The notes beneath the pieces are model-generated. The model searched no databases and had not been told where the DNA came from. It saw only the letters and a program-made list of their open reading frames with translations. Position numbers and translations under genes: made by a program. Source: Octopus vulgaris (Eukaryota). Taken from it: a DNA stretch of 64,000 nt. How positions within the stretch are numbered: the first letter of the stretch is position 1; each line of letters begins with the position of its first letter. Location: positions 152,024,001 to 152,088,000 of the forward strand of contig OX597815.1 in the NCBI GenBank assembly GCA_951406725.2. Direction: 5' to 3'. Positions 12,059 through 25,652 of the stretch are shown in pieces.

Positions 12059-12230
12059 CGGAAGTTCCTATTCTTTGCCATCCTTGGGTTGCCTCCCATG
12101 AAGACTGCAAAAACCCTTTCGCCATCCCCACCCCTAGTCTCGGCCTATCTCCTATGTAAGGTAATGTTCATACAGTGCAAAATATGAAAGGGTAGTGTTA
12201 TGCAGGTTGAACTGAAGGCTACTGTATTGC

Positions 12231-15200
12231 TTGCTCATGAATTCTGCCAAATGCGAGTTTTCTTTTCAGGTACATGAAGCTACTGTCCACCATCCCAGGG
12301 TCTCTAGGGCCCATACCTCCCGCACCCTCAACGTTGGCACACTGAAAGGTAGGTCTGGCGAGATAGTCGAGATGCTTGAACGGAGATGTGTTGATATATG
12401 TTGCATCCAAGAAGTAAGGTGGAGAGGAGGTTCTGCTAGGTTCCTCACAGGCAAAGAACACAGGTACAAGATTTTCTGGGCAGGGAACACTGACGGGGTT
12501 GGGGGCGTGGGTATACTTCTCGCTGAAAAATGGGTAGATAAGGTAATTGAGGTAATCAGAGTATGTGACAGAATACTTAAGATTAGATTAGTGCTTCATC
12601 ATGGATTAGCAACCATTATATCGGCCTATGCTCCTCAGCCGGGGCTACCCGATGGACAGAAAGACCGATTCTATGACACTCTACTGCAGACTACCTCGTT
12701 GACGAACGACAGAGACCTTCTCTTTGTGGCTGGTGACTTCAATGGGCATGTTGGACAACATGCTGGGGGCTTCCATGGTGTCCATGGAGGCTATGGTTAT
12801 GGTTCCCGCAACGAGGAGGGAACCAGGCTGCTGGAGTTCTGCGATGCAAATGATCTTATGGTTTGCAACACTAACTTCAGGAAACCTACCACCTATCACC
12901 TACGATCGGGCCGACATACCAGCCAAATTGACTACATCCTTGCCAGGAAAAGGGAAAGATAGCTGCTTATAAATGCCAAAACCTTCCCAGGCGAAGAATG
13001 TACCCCGAAACATAGACTGGTTGTTAGTAACTTTAGGATCAGGACTAAGAGGACGACCAGAAGACGACCAGCATGGAGAAGAAGGATCTGGAAGCTTAAA
13101 GATCCTGCGAATGGACAGAGACTTAGAGATATGTTACTTGAAGCCTTTGACAAAGTAGAATGGGATATAGCTTCACATGGGGTAGAAGACAACTGGAGGT
13201 CTCTAAAGGATAACCTGCTGAGAACCATGGACCAGATCTGTGGCTGGTGCAAAGTCCCCACAAGACCCAAAATAACGTGGTGGTGGCACAATGTTTTAGA
13301 CAGGGCTATTAGAGAAAAGAGACAGGCTTGGAAGGACTGGAAGAATGGTGGTAGCAGGGAATTGTATCAGACTGCCAAAAGAGAAGCTAGGAGACAGGTC
13401 TATTTAGCCAGAGGGGAAGCAGATAAGAAAAAATTTGCCAATGTTCTGCGCCATGAGGACCAAAGACTTGAGGTGTCTCATGTTGCAAGACAGTGTGTGA
13501 GAGAGAATCGTGATGTGATAGGAGAAAAATGTGTTTGCATGGATGATGGATCACTTGCGCTAAATGAGGATGCAAAGGGAGAGGTTTGGAGACACCACTA
13601 TGAAAGGTTGCTGAATAAAGAAAATGAATGGGATAAAGAGAGTCTGCCGAATGTCGACCCAACAGAGGGAACAGCTATCCAAGATGACAGTTCCTTGGTA
13701 GTTAAGGCAATTAGAAGCATGAAGACAGGGAAAGCCCCAGGCCCATCAGGAATCACTGCAGAGATGCTTAAAATATCTGGTAGTGTCAGCTATAGCCTAG
13801 TCACCCATATAGTTAATCAGGTGATACACGGAGTCATACCCAATGACTGGTATAGTACCATAATAGTCAACTGCTACAAAGGTAAAGGTGACGCCCTAGA
13901 TACAAATAATTACAGAGGTATCAAGCTGTTGGATCAGGTAATGAAGGTTACGGAGAGGGTCATAGCCCAACTAATTAGAGAGAGAGTTAGTTTAGATGAG
14001 ATGCAGTTTGGGTTCATGCCAGGAAAAAGGACCACTGATGCTATATTCCTGGTAAGGCAGCTGCAGGAGAAATACCTAGCCAAAGATAAGCCCCTGTACC
14101 TGGCTTTTGTTGACATGGAGAAAGCCTTTGACAGGGTACCCTGATCCCTTATCTGGTGGTCAATGGGGAAACTAGGGATAGATGAATGGTTAGTGAGCAC
14201 TGTGCGAGCCATGTACAGGGACGCCACTAGTAAGGTGAGGGTTGGCAACGAGTACAGTGAAGAATACCGGGTAGAGGTAGGGGTCTACCAAGGCTCAGTC
14301 CTCAGCCCCCTCCTATTTATCATAGTTCTCCAGGCAATAATGGAGGAATTCAAGACAGGATGCCCCTGGGAGCTCCTCTATGCTAATGACCTTGCTCTAA
14401 TTGCTGAGTCACTATCAGAACTGGAGGAGAAGTTTCAGGTGTGGAAGCAAGGATTAGAATCGAAGGGCCTTAGAGTCAATCTAGCTAAAACCAAAGTCCT
14501 AATAAGTAGGAAGGTGGACAAATCACAAACACCTTCAGGTCGATGGCCCTGCTCAATCTGGAGAAAAAGTGTAGGTAGAAACTCTATAAGATGCACCAAG
14601 TGTAAGCTATGGACACATAAGAGGTGCAGCAATGTCAAAGGAAGGCTAACTAGGAAGATAGTTTTTGTATGAGGCAGATGCTCAGGAGCAATAAACACTG
14701 AAAATACACTGAGACCAACTTCTGTCGCATTCCAGGGAGAAAAACTATAAATAGTTGATAGCTTCCATTACCTAGGCGACCAAGTCAGTAGCGGGGGCGG
14801 GTGTGCTGAAAGTGTAACTGCTAGAGTAAGAATAGCTTGGGCAAAGTTCAGAGAGCTCTTACCTCTGCTGGTGACAAAAGGCCTCTCGCTCAGAGTAAAA
14901 GGCAGACTGTATGACGCATGTGTACGAACAGCCATGCTACATGGCAGTGAAACATAGGCCGTGACTGCTGAGGATATGCGTAAGCTTGCAAGAAATGAAG
15001 CCAGTATGCTCCAATGGATGTGTAATGTCAGTGTTCATACTCGACAGAGTGTAAGTACCTTGAGAGAAAAGCTGGACCTAAGAAGCATCAGTTGTGGTGT
15101 GCAAGAGAGACGTTTGCGCTGGTATGGTCATATGGTGAGAATGGATGAAGATAGTTGTGTGAAAAAGTGCCACACCCTAGCGGTTGAGGGAACCTGTGGA

Positions 15201-15872
15201 AGAGGCAGACCCAGGAAAACCTGGGATGAGGTGGTGAAGCACGACCTTTGAACTTTAGGTCTCACCGAGGAAATGACTAGAGACCGAGACCTTTGGAAGT
15301 ATGCTGTGCATGAGAAGTCTCGGCAGGACAAGTGAGGCCATAACCCGTGGCCTCTACATGGGGTGTAGCCAGTCCACTTATGCATACCTTTCCTTCATGG
15401 GACACAAAACTCTACTTGTGAAGACCTGTTGAGGCAAGTGAAAATCGAAATCGATCAAAATCAATGGAAATTGCAGCTGTGATACCAGTGCCGGTGGTAC
15501 ATAAGAAAACAATCCGAATGTGGCCATTGCCAGTGCCACCCCGACTGGCCTCGTGCCGGTGGCACGTAAAAAGCACCATCCGATCATGGCCGTTGCCAGC
15601 CTCGCCTGGCAACATGCCGGTGGCATGTAAAAAGAACCATCCGATCGTGGCCTTTTGCCAGCCTCGTCTGGCAACTATGCCGGTGGCACGTAAAAAGCAC
15701 CCACTACACTCATAGAGTGGTTGGCGTTAGGAAGGACATCCAGCTGTAGAAACATTGCCAGATCAAACTGGGCCTGGTGCAGCCTTCTGGCTTCCCAGAC
15801 CCCAGTTGAACTGTCCAACACATGCTGGCATGGAAAGCGGACGCTAACTGATGATGATGATGATGATGATGA
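12231..15872 (+). mobile_element. Near full-length RTE-clade LINE (APE endonuclease + RT), inactivated by stop codons
   Basis: APE motifs TLNVGTL, CIQEVRW, SAYAPQ, GDFNGHVG, SQIDY; RT motifs KAPGPSG, NYRGIKLL, QFGFMPG, FVDMEKAFDRVP, QGSVLSPLLF, LLYAND. ORF pieces at 12231/13131/14163/14961 share one frame, broken by stops (e.g. 12960, 14142, 14670, 14956, 15249). 3' UTR has ~50-bp tandem units and a (GAT)n tail. Confidence 0.96.
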
Positions 15873-16044
15873 TTGTGCTGTTTCATTTATCAGTATTACT
15901 GTAGATATTTTATGAAATTTTAGTAATATCAGTACCCTTTATAGAATTACATTACAGTTAATCTTTCAATTGGAAATAAGGAAGGGAACCAGTTCACAGT
16001 CCTTATAGAAACCAATTAAGCATTCTTATTTTATACTTATCAAC

Positions 16045-16279
16045 TGGTGTTTTTAGCGTGGCCGTTCGCCAGCCTCGTCTGGCACCTGTGTCGGTGGCAC
16101 ATAAAATCACCCACTACACTCTCGGAGTGGTTGGCGTTAGGAAGGGCATCCAGCTGTAGAAACACTGCCAGATCTGACTGGCCTGGTGCAGCCTTCGGGC
16201 TCCCCAGACCCCAGTTGAACCGTCCAACCCATGCTAGCATGGAAAACGGACGCTAAATGATGATGATGATGATGATGAT
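16045..16279 (+). mobile_element. RTE 3'-tail-derived short element
   Basis: Matches 15645-15872 (cgtggcc…gccagcctcgtctggca…cactacactc…gggcatccagctgtagaaac…atgatgatg). Confidence 0.9.
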
Positions 16280-16976
16280 CTCACTCTCGTGCTAGACTTT
16301 CAGCCAAATTTAGGAGATCCTGCTTGTTCGGCTTAGATTATCTGAAATATCTAAGGTTTTACACTTTATAGTTAAATTTCTATATCTCTATTGGAATTTA
16401 TATTTTATTGTTGTGAGATATTGCTATCATTAATGGTCAACTGGTGACCACTGTGATTTCAGTCAACATTTTTATACTTTCTACTGTGGTACCATGTAAT
16501 AACTTGATATCTAAGTCCATATCAGAGCAAACTAGACTTCCTAAATCTCCTCTCTATATTAAGACATCCTACTTAATCTAACAATGTTGCATTTATCTCA
16601 TTTATTTAACACTTGCTAAGGATTTTTATCACTTAGTTTTGTCTTCCATTAATTATATTTCTGCCATATCTATGATATGCCATTGTCCTCTCAAGTCTAG
16701 TCTTTACTAACCAATATTCTTCTCATTATCTGCTTAATTCCAATGTCAACCAGGGCTTAGCCATCTAAGATCTAGCCACAAACACATAACACACCACTTC
16801 AATTAGGATCATCATACACCTGCTCACTCTCTCTCTCTCTCTGTTAAAGGTTGCCACTGGTAATCTTGAATTTTAACTACCTACATTACAGTTCACCAGA
16901 ATGTCATCTGATTCTTGAAATATTTGAAAACATATACTTGTCATTCATCCTTCTTAATAAAGCAGGTTCTCTTCAG

Positions 16977-17420
16977 GTGAGCAAAGATTAGATCTACACA
17001 GGTGAAATGGACAGTGGTAATGTGCCCTCAAACACTGTGCATTTGCACTCAACATCATGAACTATATATAACCAATCATCCATATATTGCAACGAAAGTA
17101 TCTGGAATGGTACAAAAGAACTGATTCTCAAGAATATAGGTTACCTTTATTTAAATCTCATCTATATATCAAACAAAGTTACCTTCCCCTTGGTAATATC
17201 TCCTTTATCCATGTGGTTGCCATTGATAGGGTAGAAACCAAGAAACCAGAAAATTTGAGGACTTGGAACTTACACCTGTGTAGCAGGTTGTGACTGACAG
17301 AAACTGTCTTGTGATGTTATTGTTAGTATAAGAACAACATCAAAAGGAATATGTAATCCCATTCACGTTACCACTGTTATACTATATTTGTCACTGATGT
17401 TAACTAAAACCAACTAATTA
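16977..17420 (+). pseudogene. Decayed immunoglobulin-domain exon with hydrophobic C-terminal (GPI-signal-like) tail
   Basis: Reads …PSNTVHLH…/KYLEWYKRTDSQEYRLPL…HVVAIDRVETKKPEN/ED(x)GTYTCVAGCD*QKLSCDVIVSIRTTSKGICNPIHVTTVILYLSLMLTKTN*. Shows Ig C-strand WYK, D.G.YTC.A and a G strand, but needs frameshifts and has stops. Confidence 0.55.
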
Positions 17421-18332
17421 CAAAAGGTCGGAGTAATCCTTTATAAAATATACCTAAATAGTATCATAAATATACAGAAATATTTCACATTTTGTTTTAG
17501 GACACAATAACATCTGGACCTTATTGGACTATAGAAGTCAATAATGCCAGTGTGTAGAGAAGTGGTTAAGTGCACAAGAAAAACAGTAGAATTACTTACA
17601 CAGATGGTAATAAGGTTTAAATCTGTTGGGTGAGGGTACAAGATAATGCTATGACAAAATACGTTTAACTTCAGACATACAAATGTAAATCAGTTAATGA
17701 ATAATATCTGATTCATTACCATGTTAACAGTTTGTATATGTAATACAAAAAAAACACTGTCTGACATTGCAATACTAGATATCTATATAAATTGTATATA
17801 ATCTGACTAAAAAATAAGTAATTTTCACTACAGTGAATATGATTATTTCTCAGCACAGATCTATATTGTAGAAGTTCCATCATCATCATGATCGTTGTTT
17901 AATATCCGCTTTCTATGCTGAGGTCTGACTGGGGCTGGCAAGCGAGAAGGCTGCACCAGGATCCAATCTGATCTGATATATATGCATATATTTGTAAACA
18001 TACATATACATGCCCACAGATATATGTATATATATATACATACATATATATTCATAGATATATCACAGTGAAAGTGTTAACTCATATTACAATAGTGATT
18101 TTATTGTTTCACTTTTGACATGTAATGCTGAAATAGTGTAAGAGACAAGAGATTGCTCCAGGATCACATTAGACAAGAATTTGAAAATCTGTCTGGCCCA
18201 TGACGCTGCATGGAGCCTAAGTAAGACGTGTGTGAAATTTGAATGAAATCATGCAGGTAGTTCTCGAGTTTTAGTGATGCACACATACAGGCAGACAGAC
18301 AAACATTTACACTCACACATACATGTATTCTC

Positions 18333-18385
<53 letters not shown>

Positions 18386-18963
18386 ATAATACATATTCTA
18401 ACCTGAGCCATTCTGGGAAGATAGTCTGGCAAGAGATGATATCTCATATCAAACATCAGAGTACTGTAAAACACTGACATCTTCTTAAGATGAAAAATCA
18501 AGAAGAAATTCTGGAGAACGATTTTGTAAACAAACGAAATTATCTTTAACAATTTTTACCACTTAAAAACATTTTCAGTTGAGATTTGTTATTGAATCTC
18601 CTACATTAGAAAGCTGAGAATGATGTCCTTATAAGTACTTTTGACTTTAATTATCACTCTCAGAAGATGTTAATAACATCATTAAGCATCTCTGTTGGCT
18701 CACAACTGACAGTCACTCAGTCTTGTCATTCTCCACCTATCCTTCAAATCACCATTCTTATCCTCATTTTCCCACAACTTTCACTCCCTGCATCCTCATT
18801 ATTCTTCTTTCATCACCTCTCAACTTGTCACCTTGAATAAAAAACACATCATCAGAGCAGTAAGAACTGTCTTCTTTCATGGGATGCAAGAAAAACTGAC
18901 CAATGCTAGTCCTCAAGGAAAAACTTATAGAAATCAATTTGCTATTTTCAGTTTTATACTCAC

Positions 18964-19020
18964 CATGTGTGATTGATGTACATTGAACTGGTGTACTTAA
19001 CTGTTCATTTGGATTTAAGC
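18964..19020 (-). CDS. Micro-exon type A (57 nt, phase 1-1): (G)LNPNEQLSTPVQCTSITH
   Basis: atttcag|GCTTAAATCC…ATCACACATG|gtgagtat; open frame, length a multiple of 3. Confidence 0.7.
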
Positions 19021-21716
19021 CTGAAATACATAATTTCAAGTGTTATAATTTATAGTAAAATTTACCAGCATTCACATTCACACAAAAATCTATAATTATT
19101 AATCTAAACTTTTACGTTTAACAAACATTCACAGTAACACTGACCAAATGATTTTGCAGGTAGACTTTCTAACGCCTGTTGAGATTTTGTGATTGAGCCT
19201 CATACATTACCAAAGCCAACATTGATGTTCTAGTAAGTGACACGGTCTTTGATAATTGGATTCTCAAGGTGTTAGTAAATCATTAACCATCTCACAAATA
19301 ACTGTATCTTAGCTTCATCCATTCGGTCATGTCATGCTCCACCTCTCTTTAATGTCATTGTTCTTATCATCCTTTTCTTGTAACTTTCAGTCCCTGCATC
19401 CTCATTATTCTTCTGTTTTTACTTAAACTTCTCACTTTCTCAACATGTCTTCATGATTGTAAAAACACATGAAAGAGCAATGAGAATTGTATAATATTAT
19501 GAGATGCAAGACAACCTGACCAGTGCTAGCACTATGAGGAAATGGCCCCAGTACACACTTGAAAGTGATTGGTAAATGAGAGGAGACAGCATAATTTTCT
19601 GTGGAACGTTCAATCTAATTGTGGACATTGGAGTCTGGTGCTGCCCCTCTGCTTGCCAGCTGTGGTCAAACTGTCCAACGCAGGCCAGCATGGACAATGG
19701 ACGTAAAATGTTGATGATGATGACAATCTTATTAGTGCCTGTGTTACAATAAAACATACCCAAGAGACTTTATAAAATGGTTGCTGTTAAGATGGTAACT
19801 TGTCAAAGAAAATCCAGAGTATTTACGAGAGATGTGTGGCTACCTCAAGCAGTCAAAGTGGATGTTAACTCTGAATAAGAACTGGCTTGGACATTGATGA
19901 CCCATCTAATCGACGGGAGCATGGAAGCAGATGATGAATGATAATGAGATTATCATTTATTTTTTTGTATTTATTATTTTGCATCTTGCAGCCTGTATAT
20001 AATCTTTAGGACTTGAAACTTACACCTGTGTAGCAGGGTCTGACTGATAGAAACTGCCGTGTGATGTTATTGTTAATATACGAACAACATCAAAAGGAAT
20101 ACTAATCCCATTCATGTTACAACTGTTTTACTATATTTGTCACTGATATTAATTAAAACCAACTAATTACAAAAGGTCACAGTAATGCTTTATATAATAT
20201 ACCTAAATACTATCATAAATATACAGAAATATTTAACATTTTGTTTTAGGACACAATAAAATCTGGACCTTATTGGACTACAGAAGTCAATAATGTCAGT
20301 TTGTAGAGAAGTGGTTGTGTACACAAGACAAACAGTAGAATTATTTACATAGATGGTAATAAGCTTTAAATCTGTTAAGTGAGGGTACAAGATGATGCTG
20401 TTATAAAATCAGGTTAAACTTCAGACATACAAATGTGGATCAGTTAATGAATAATATCTGATTCATTATCATGTTACCGGGTTGTATATGTAATACAAAA
20501 AAAAAACACTGTCTTACATTGCAATACTAGATATCTATATAAATTGTATATAATCTGACTAAAAAATAAGTGACTTTCATTAGAGTGAATATGATTATTT
20601 CTCAGCACAGATCTATATTGTAGACGTTCCATCAAAATCATCATCATCATCATTGTCATCGTCGTTTAATATCTGCTTTCTATGCTTAGGTCTGACTGAT
20701 TTCTGGCAAGCGAGAAGCCTGAACCAGGCTCCAATCTGATATGATATGTATGCATATACATGTAAACATACATATACATGCATACATATATATGCATATA
20801 TATACAGACATATGCATACATAAATATATCACAGTGAACCTATTAACTCACATTACAATAGTGATTTTATTGTTTCACGTTTGACAAGTAATACCGAAAT
20901 AGTGTAAGGGATAAGAGATTGCTCCAGGATCACATTAGGCAAGAATTTGAAAATCTAATTGGCCCATGACGCTGCATGGACCCTAAGTAAGACGTGTGTG
21001 AAATTTGAATGAAATCATGCAGGTAGTTCTCGAGTTTTAGCGATGCACACATACAGACAGACAGACAGACAAACATTTACACTCACACATACATGCATTC
21101 TCAGGTATATATATATATATATATATATATATGGACAATAATACATATTCTAACCTGAGCCATTCTGGGAAGATAGTCTGGCAAGGGATGATATCTCATA
21201 TCAAACATCAGAGTACTGTAAAACTCTGACATCTTCATAAGATGAAAAAATCAAGAAGAAATTCTGGAGAACGATTTTGTAAACAAACGAAATTATCTTT
21301 AACAATTTTTACCACTTAAAAACATTTTCAGTTGAGATTTGTTATTGAATCTCCTACATTAGAAAGCTGAGAATGATGTCCTTATAAGTACTTTTGACTT
21401 TAATTATCACTCTCAGAAGATGTTAATAACATCATTAAGCATCTCTGTTGGCTCACAACTGACAGTCACTCAGTCTTGTCATTCTCCACCTATCCTTCAA
21501 ATCACCATTCTTATCCTCATTTTCCCACAACATTCACTCCCTGCATCCTCATTATTCTTCTTTCATAACCTCTCAACTTGTCACCTTGAATAAAAAACAC
21601 ATCATCAGAGCAGTAAGAACTGTCTTCTTTCATGGGATGCAAGAAAAACTGACCAATGCTAGTCCTCAAGGAAAAACTTATAGAAATCAATTTGCTATTT
21701 TCAGTTTTATACTCAC

Positions 21717-21773
21717 CATGTGTGATTGATGTACATTGAACTGGTGTACTTAACTGTTCATTTGGATTTAAGC
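21717..21773 (-). CDS. Micro-exon type A (57 nt), identical copy
   Basis: Same sequence and splice sites as 18964-19020. Confidence 0.7.
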
Positions 21774-22907
21774 CTGAAATACATAATTTCAAGTGTTATA
21801 ATTTATAGTAAAATGTACCAGCATTCACATTCACACAAAAATCTATAATTATTAACCAAAACTTTTACCTCTTACAAACATTCACAGCAACACTGACCAA
21901 ATGATTTTGCAGGTAGACTTTCTAACGCGTGTTGAGATTTTGTGATTGAGCCTCATACTTTACCAAAGCCAACATTGATGTTCTAGTAAGTAACACGGTC
22001 TTTGAAAATTGGATTCTCAAGGTGTTAATAAATCATTAACCATCTCACAAATAATTGTATCTTAGCTTCATCCATTCGGTCATGTCATGCTCCGACCTCA
22101 CTTTAATGTCATTGTTCTTATCCTCATTTTCTTGTAACTTTCAATCCCTACATCCTCATTATTCTTCCGTTATCACTTAAACTTATCACTTTCTCAACAT
22201 GTCTTCATGATTGTAAAAACACATCAAGGAGCAATGAGAATTGTATAATATTATGAGATGCAAATAACATGACCAGTGCTAGCACTATGAGGAAATGGCC
22301 CCAGTACACACTTGAAAGTGATTGATAAATGAGAGGAGACAGCATAATTTTCTGTGGAACGTTCAACCTAATTGTGGACATTGGATTCTGATATCTCATA
22401 TCAAACATCAGACTACTGTAAAACTCTGACATCTTCATAAGATTGAAAATCAAGAAGAACTTCTGGAGAACGATTTTGTAAACAAACGAAATTATCTTTA
22501 AAATTTTTACCAGTAGAAAAAGGTTTCAGTTGAGATTTGTTATTGAATCTCCTACATTAGAAAGCTGAGAATGATCTTCTTATAAGTACTTTTGACTTGA
22601 ATTATCACTCTCACAAGATGTTAATACATCATCTCTGTAGGCTCACAACTGACAGTCACTCAGTCTTGTCATTCTCCAACTCTCTTTCAAATCACCATGC
22701 TTATCCTCGTTTCTCACAACTTTCACTCCCTGCATCCTCATTATTCTTCCGTCAATATTTCTCAAAGTGTCACCTTGAATGAAAAAACAACATCATAAGA
22801 GCAGTAAGAACTGTCTAATTTTATGGGACGCAAGAGAAACTAACCCATGCTAGTTCCCAAGGGAAAACTTAGAGAAATCGATTTGGTACTTTCAGTGTTA
22901 TACTCAC

Positions 22908-22964
22908 CATGATAGATTGATGCATTTTCAACTGGTGGACGTGGCTGTTCATTTAGATATAAAA
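22908..22964 (-). CDS. Micro-exon type B (57 nt, phase 1-1): (V)LYLNEQPRPPVENASIYH
   Basis: aattcag|TTTTATATCTAAATGAACAG…TCTATCATG|gtgagtat; homologous to type A (NEQ…PV…SI.H). Confidence 0.7.
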
Positions 22965-25652
22965 CTGAATTTCATAATTTCAAGTGTTATAATTTATAGT
23001 AAAATTTACCTGCGTACACATTCACACAAAAAGCTATAATTATTAATCTAAACTTTTACCATTTACGAACTTTCACAGCAACACTGACAAAATGATTTCA
23101 CAGTGAGACATTCTAATGCTTGTTGAGATTTTGTGATTGAGCCTCATACTTTACCAAAGCCAACATTGATGTTCTAGTAGATAACACTGTCTTTGATTAT
23201 TGGATTCTTAAGATGTTAGTAAATCATTAACCATCTCACAAATAATTGTATCTTAGCTTCATCCATTCGGTCATGTCATTCTCCACCTCTCTTTCAAGTC
23301 ATTGTTCTTATCCTCCTTTTCTTGTAACTTTCACTCCCTACATCCTCATTATTCTTCCGTTATCACTTAAACTTATCACTTTCTCAACATGTCTTCATGA
23401 TTGTAAAAACACATCAAAGAGCAATGAGAATTGTATAATATTATAAGATGTAAGACAACCTGACCAGTGCTAGCACTATGAGGAAATGGCCCCCGTACAC
23501 ACTTGAAAGTGATTGATAAATGAGAGGAGACAGCATAATTTTGAGTGGAACGTTCAATCTAATTGTGGACATTGGATTCTGATGCTGCCCATCAGCTTGT
23601 CAGGTCTGGTCAAACTGTCTAACCCAGGCCAGCATCGACAATGGTGATGATGACAATCTTATTAGTGCTTGTGTTACAATAAAACATACCCAAGAGACTT
23701 TATAAAACGGTTGCTGTTAAGATGGTATCTTGTCATAGAAAATCCAGAGTATTTAAGAGAGATGTGTGGCTACCTCAAGAAGTCAAAGTGGATGTTAAGT
23801 CTGAATAAGAACTGGCTTGGACATTGATGACACATCTAATCGACGGGAGCATGGAAGCAGATGATGAATGATGATGACATTATCATTAACTTTTTTGTAT
23901 TTATTATTTTGCATCTTGCAGCCTGTATATAATCTTTAGGACTTGAAACTTACACCTGTGTAGCAGGGTCTGACTTACAGAAACTGTCGTGTGATGTTAT
24001 TGTTAATATAAGATCAACATCAAAAAGAACATCTAATCTCATTCAAGTTACTACTGTTTTACTACATTTGTCACTGATATTAATTAAGACCAACTATTTA
24101 CAAAAGGTCACAGTAATGCTTCATATAATATATCTAAATAGTATCATAAATATACAGAAATATTTAACATTTTATTTTAGGACACAATAACATCTGAACC
24201 TTATTGGACTATAGGAGTCAATAATGTCAGTTTGTTGAGAAGTGGTTGTGTGCACAAGAAAAACAGTAGAATTACTTACACAGATGGTAATAAAGTTTAA
24301 ATCTGTTGGATGAGAGTAGATGATGCTGTTATAAAATCAGGTTAAATTTCAGACGTACAAATGTAAATCAATAAATGAATAATATCTGATTCATTACATG
24401 ATTCATGTTAACAGTTTGTATATGTAATACAAAAAAATACTGTCTGACATTGCAATACTAGATATCTATATAAATTGTATATATTCTGAGTAAAAAAGAA
24501 GTGACTTTCATTACAGTGAATATGATTATGTCTCAGCACAGATCTATATTGTAGAAGTTCCATCATCATCGTTATCATCACCATGATTGTTGTCGTCAAT
24601 TAATATCTGCTTTCCATGCTGACATGTATTGGACGGTCTGACTGAGAGCTGGCAAGCCAGAAGGTTGCACCAGTCTCCAAACTGATCTGACATGTGTGCA
24701 TATATATGTAAACATACATATACATGCATACATATATATGCATATATATACAGACATATACATACACAAATATATCACAGTGAAAGTATTAACTCACATT
24801 ACAATGGTGATTCTATTGTTTCACTTTTGACAAGTAATACTGAAATAGTGTAAGAGATAAGAGATTGCTCTTAGAACACATTAGGCAAGAAGTTGAAAAT
24901 TTGTTTGGCCCATGACACTGCATGGACCTGAAGTGAGGCATGTGTGAAATTTGTATGAAATCAGTTGGGTAGTTCTCGAGTTTTAGTGATGCACACATAC
25001 ATACAGACACACATTTACATGCACACATACATGCATTCTCAGTAATATATATATATATATATATCTTTATATAGACTATAAAACATATTCTAACCTGAGA
25101 TATTCTGGGAAGATAATCCAGCGAGAAATAATATAGCATATCACATATTAGACTACCATAAAAATCTGACAACCTCATAAGATGATCAATCAAGAAGAAC
25201 TTCTAGAGAACGATTTTATAAACAAAGGAAATTATATTTAACAATTTTCACCACTTAAAAATATTATCAGTTGAGATTTGTTATTTAATCTCCTACATTA
25301 GAAAGCTGAGAATGATGTTCTTATAAGTACTTTTGACTTAAATATCAGTTTCCCAAGATTTTAATAACATCATTAATCATCACTGTTGGCTGGCAACTGA
25401 CAGTCATTCAGTCTTGTCATTCTCCAACTCTCTTTCAAATAACCATTATTATCCTCATTTTCTCACAACTTTCACTCCCTGCATCCTCATTATTCTTCTG
25501 TCATCACTTCTCAATGTGTCCCCTTGAATGAAAAAACATCATAAGAGCAGTAAGAACTGTCAAATTTTATGGGATGCAAGAAAAACTGACCAATGCTAGT
25601 CCTCAAGGGAAAACTTATAGAAATCAATTTAGTACTTTAGTTTTATACTCAC

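Noticed and set aside
25090-25170. Minus-strand exon DFYGSLICDMLYYFSLDYLPRISQ ending at CAG|GTTAGA
   Set aside because: Weak acceptor and donor, and the acceptor is not conserved in the first unit.
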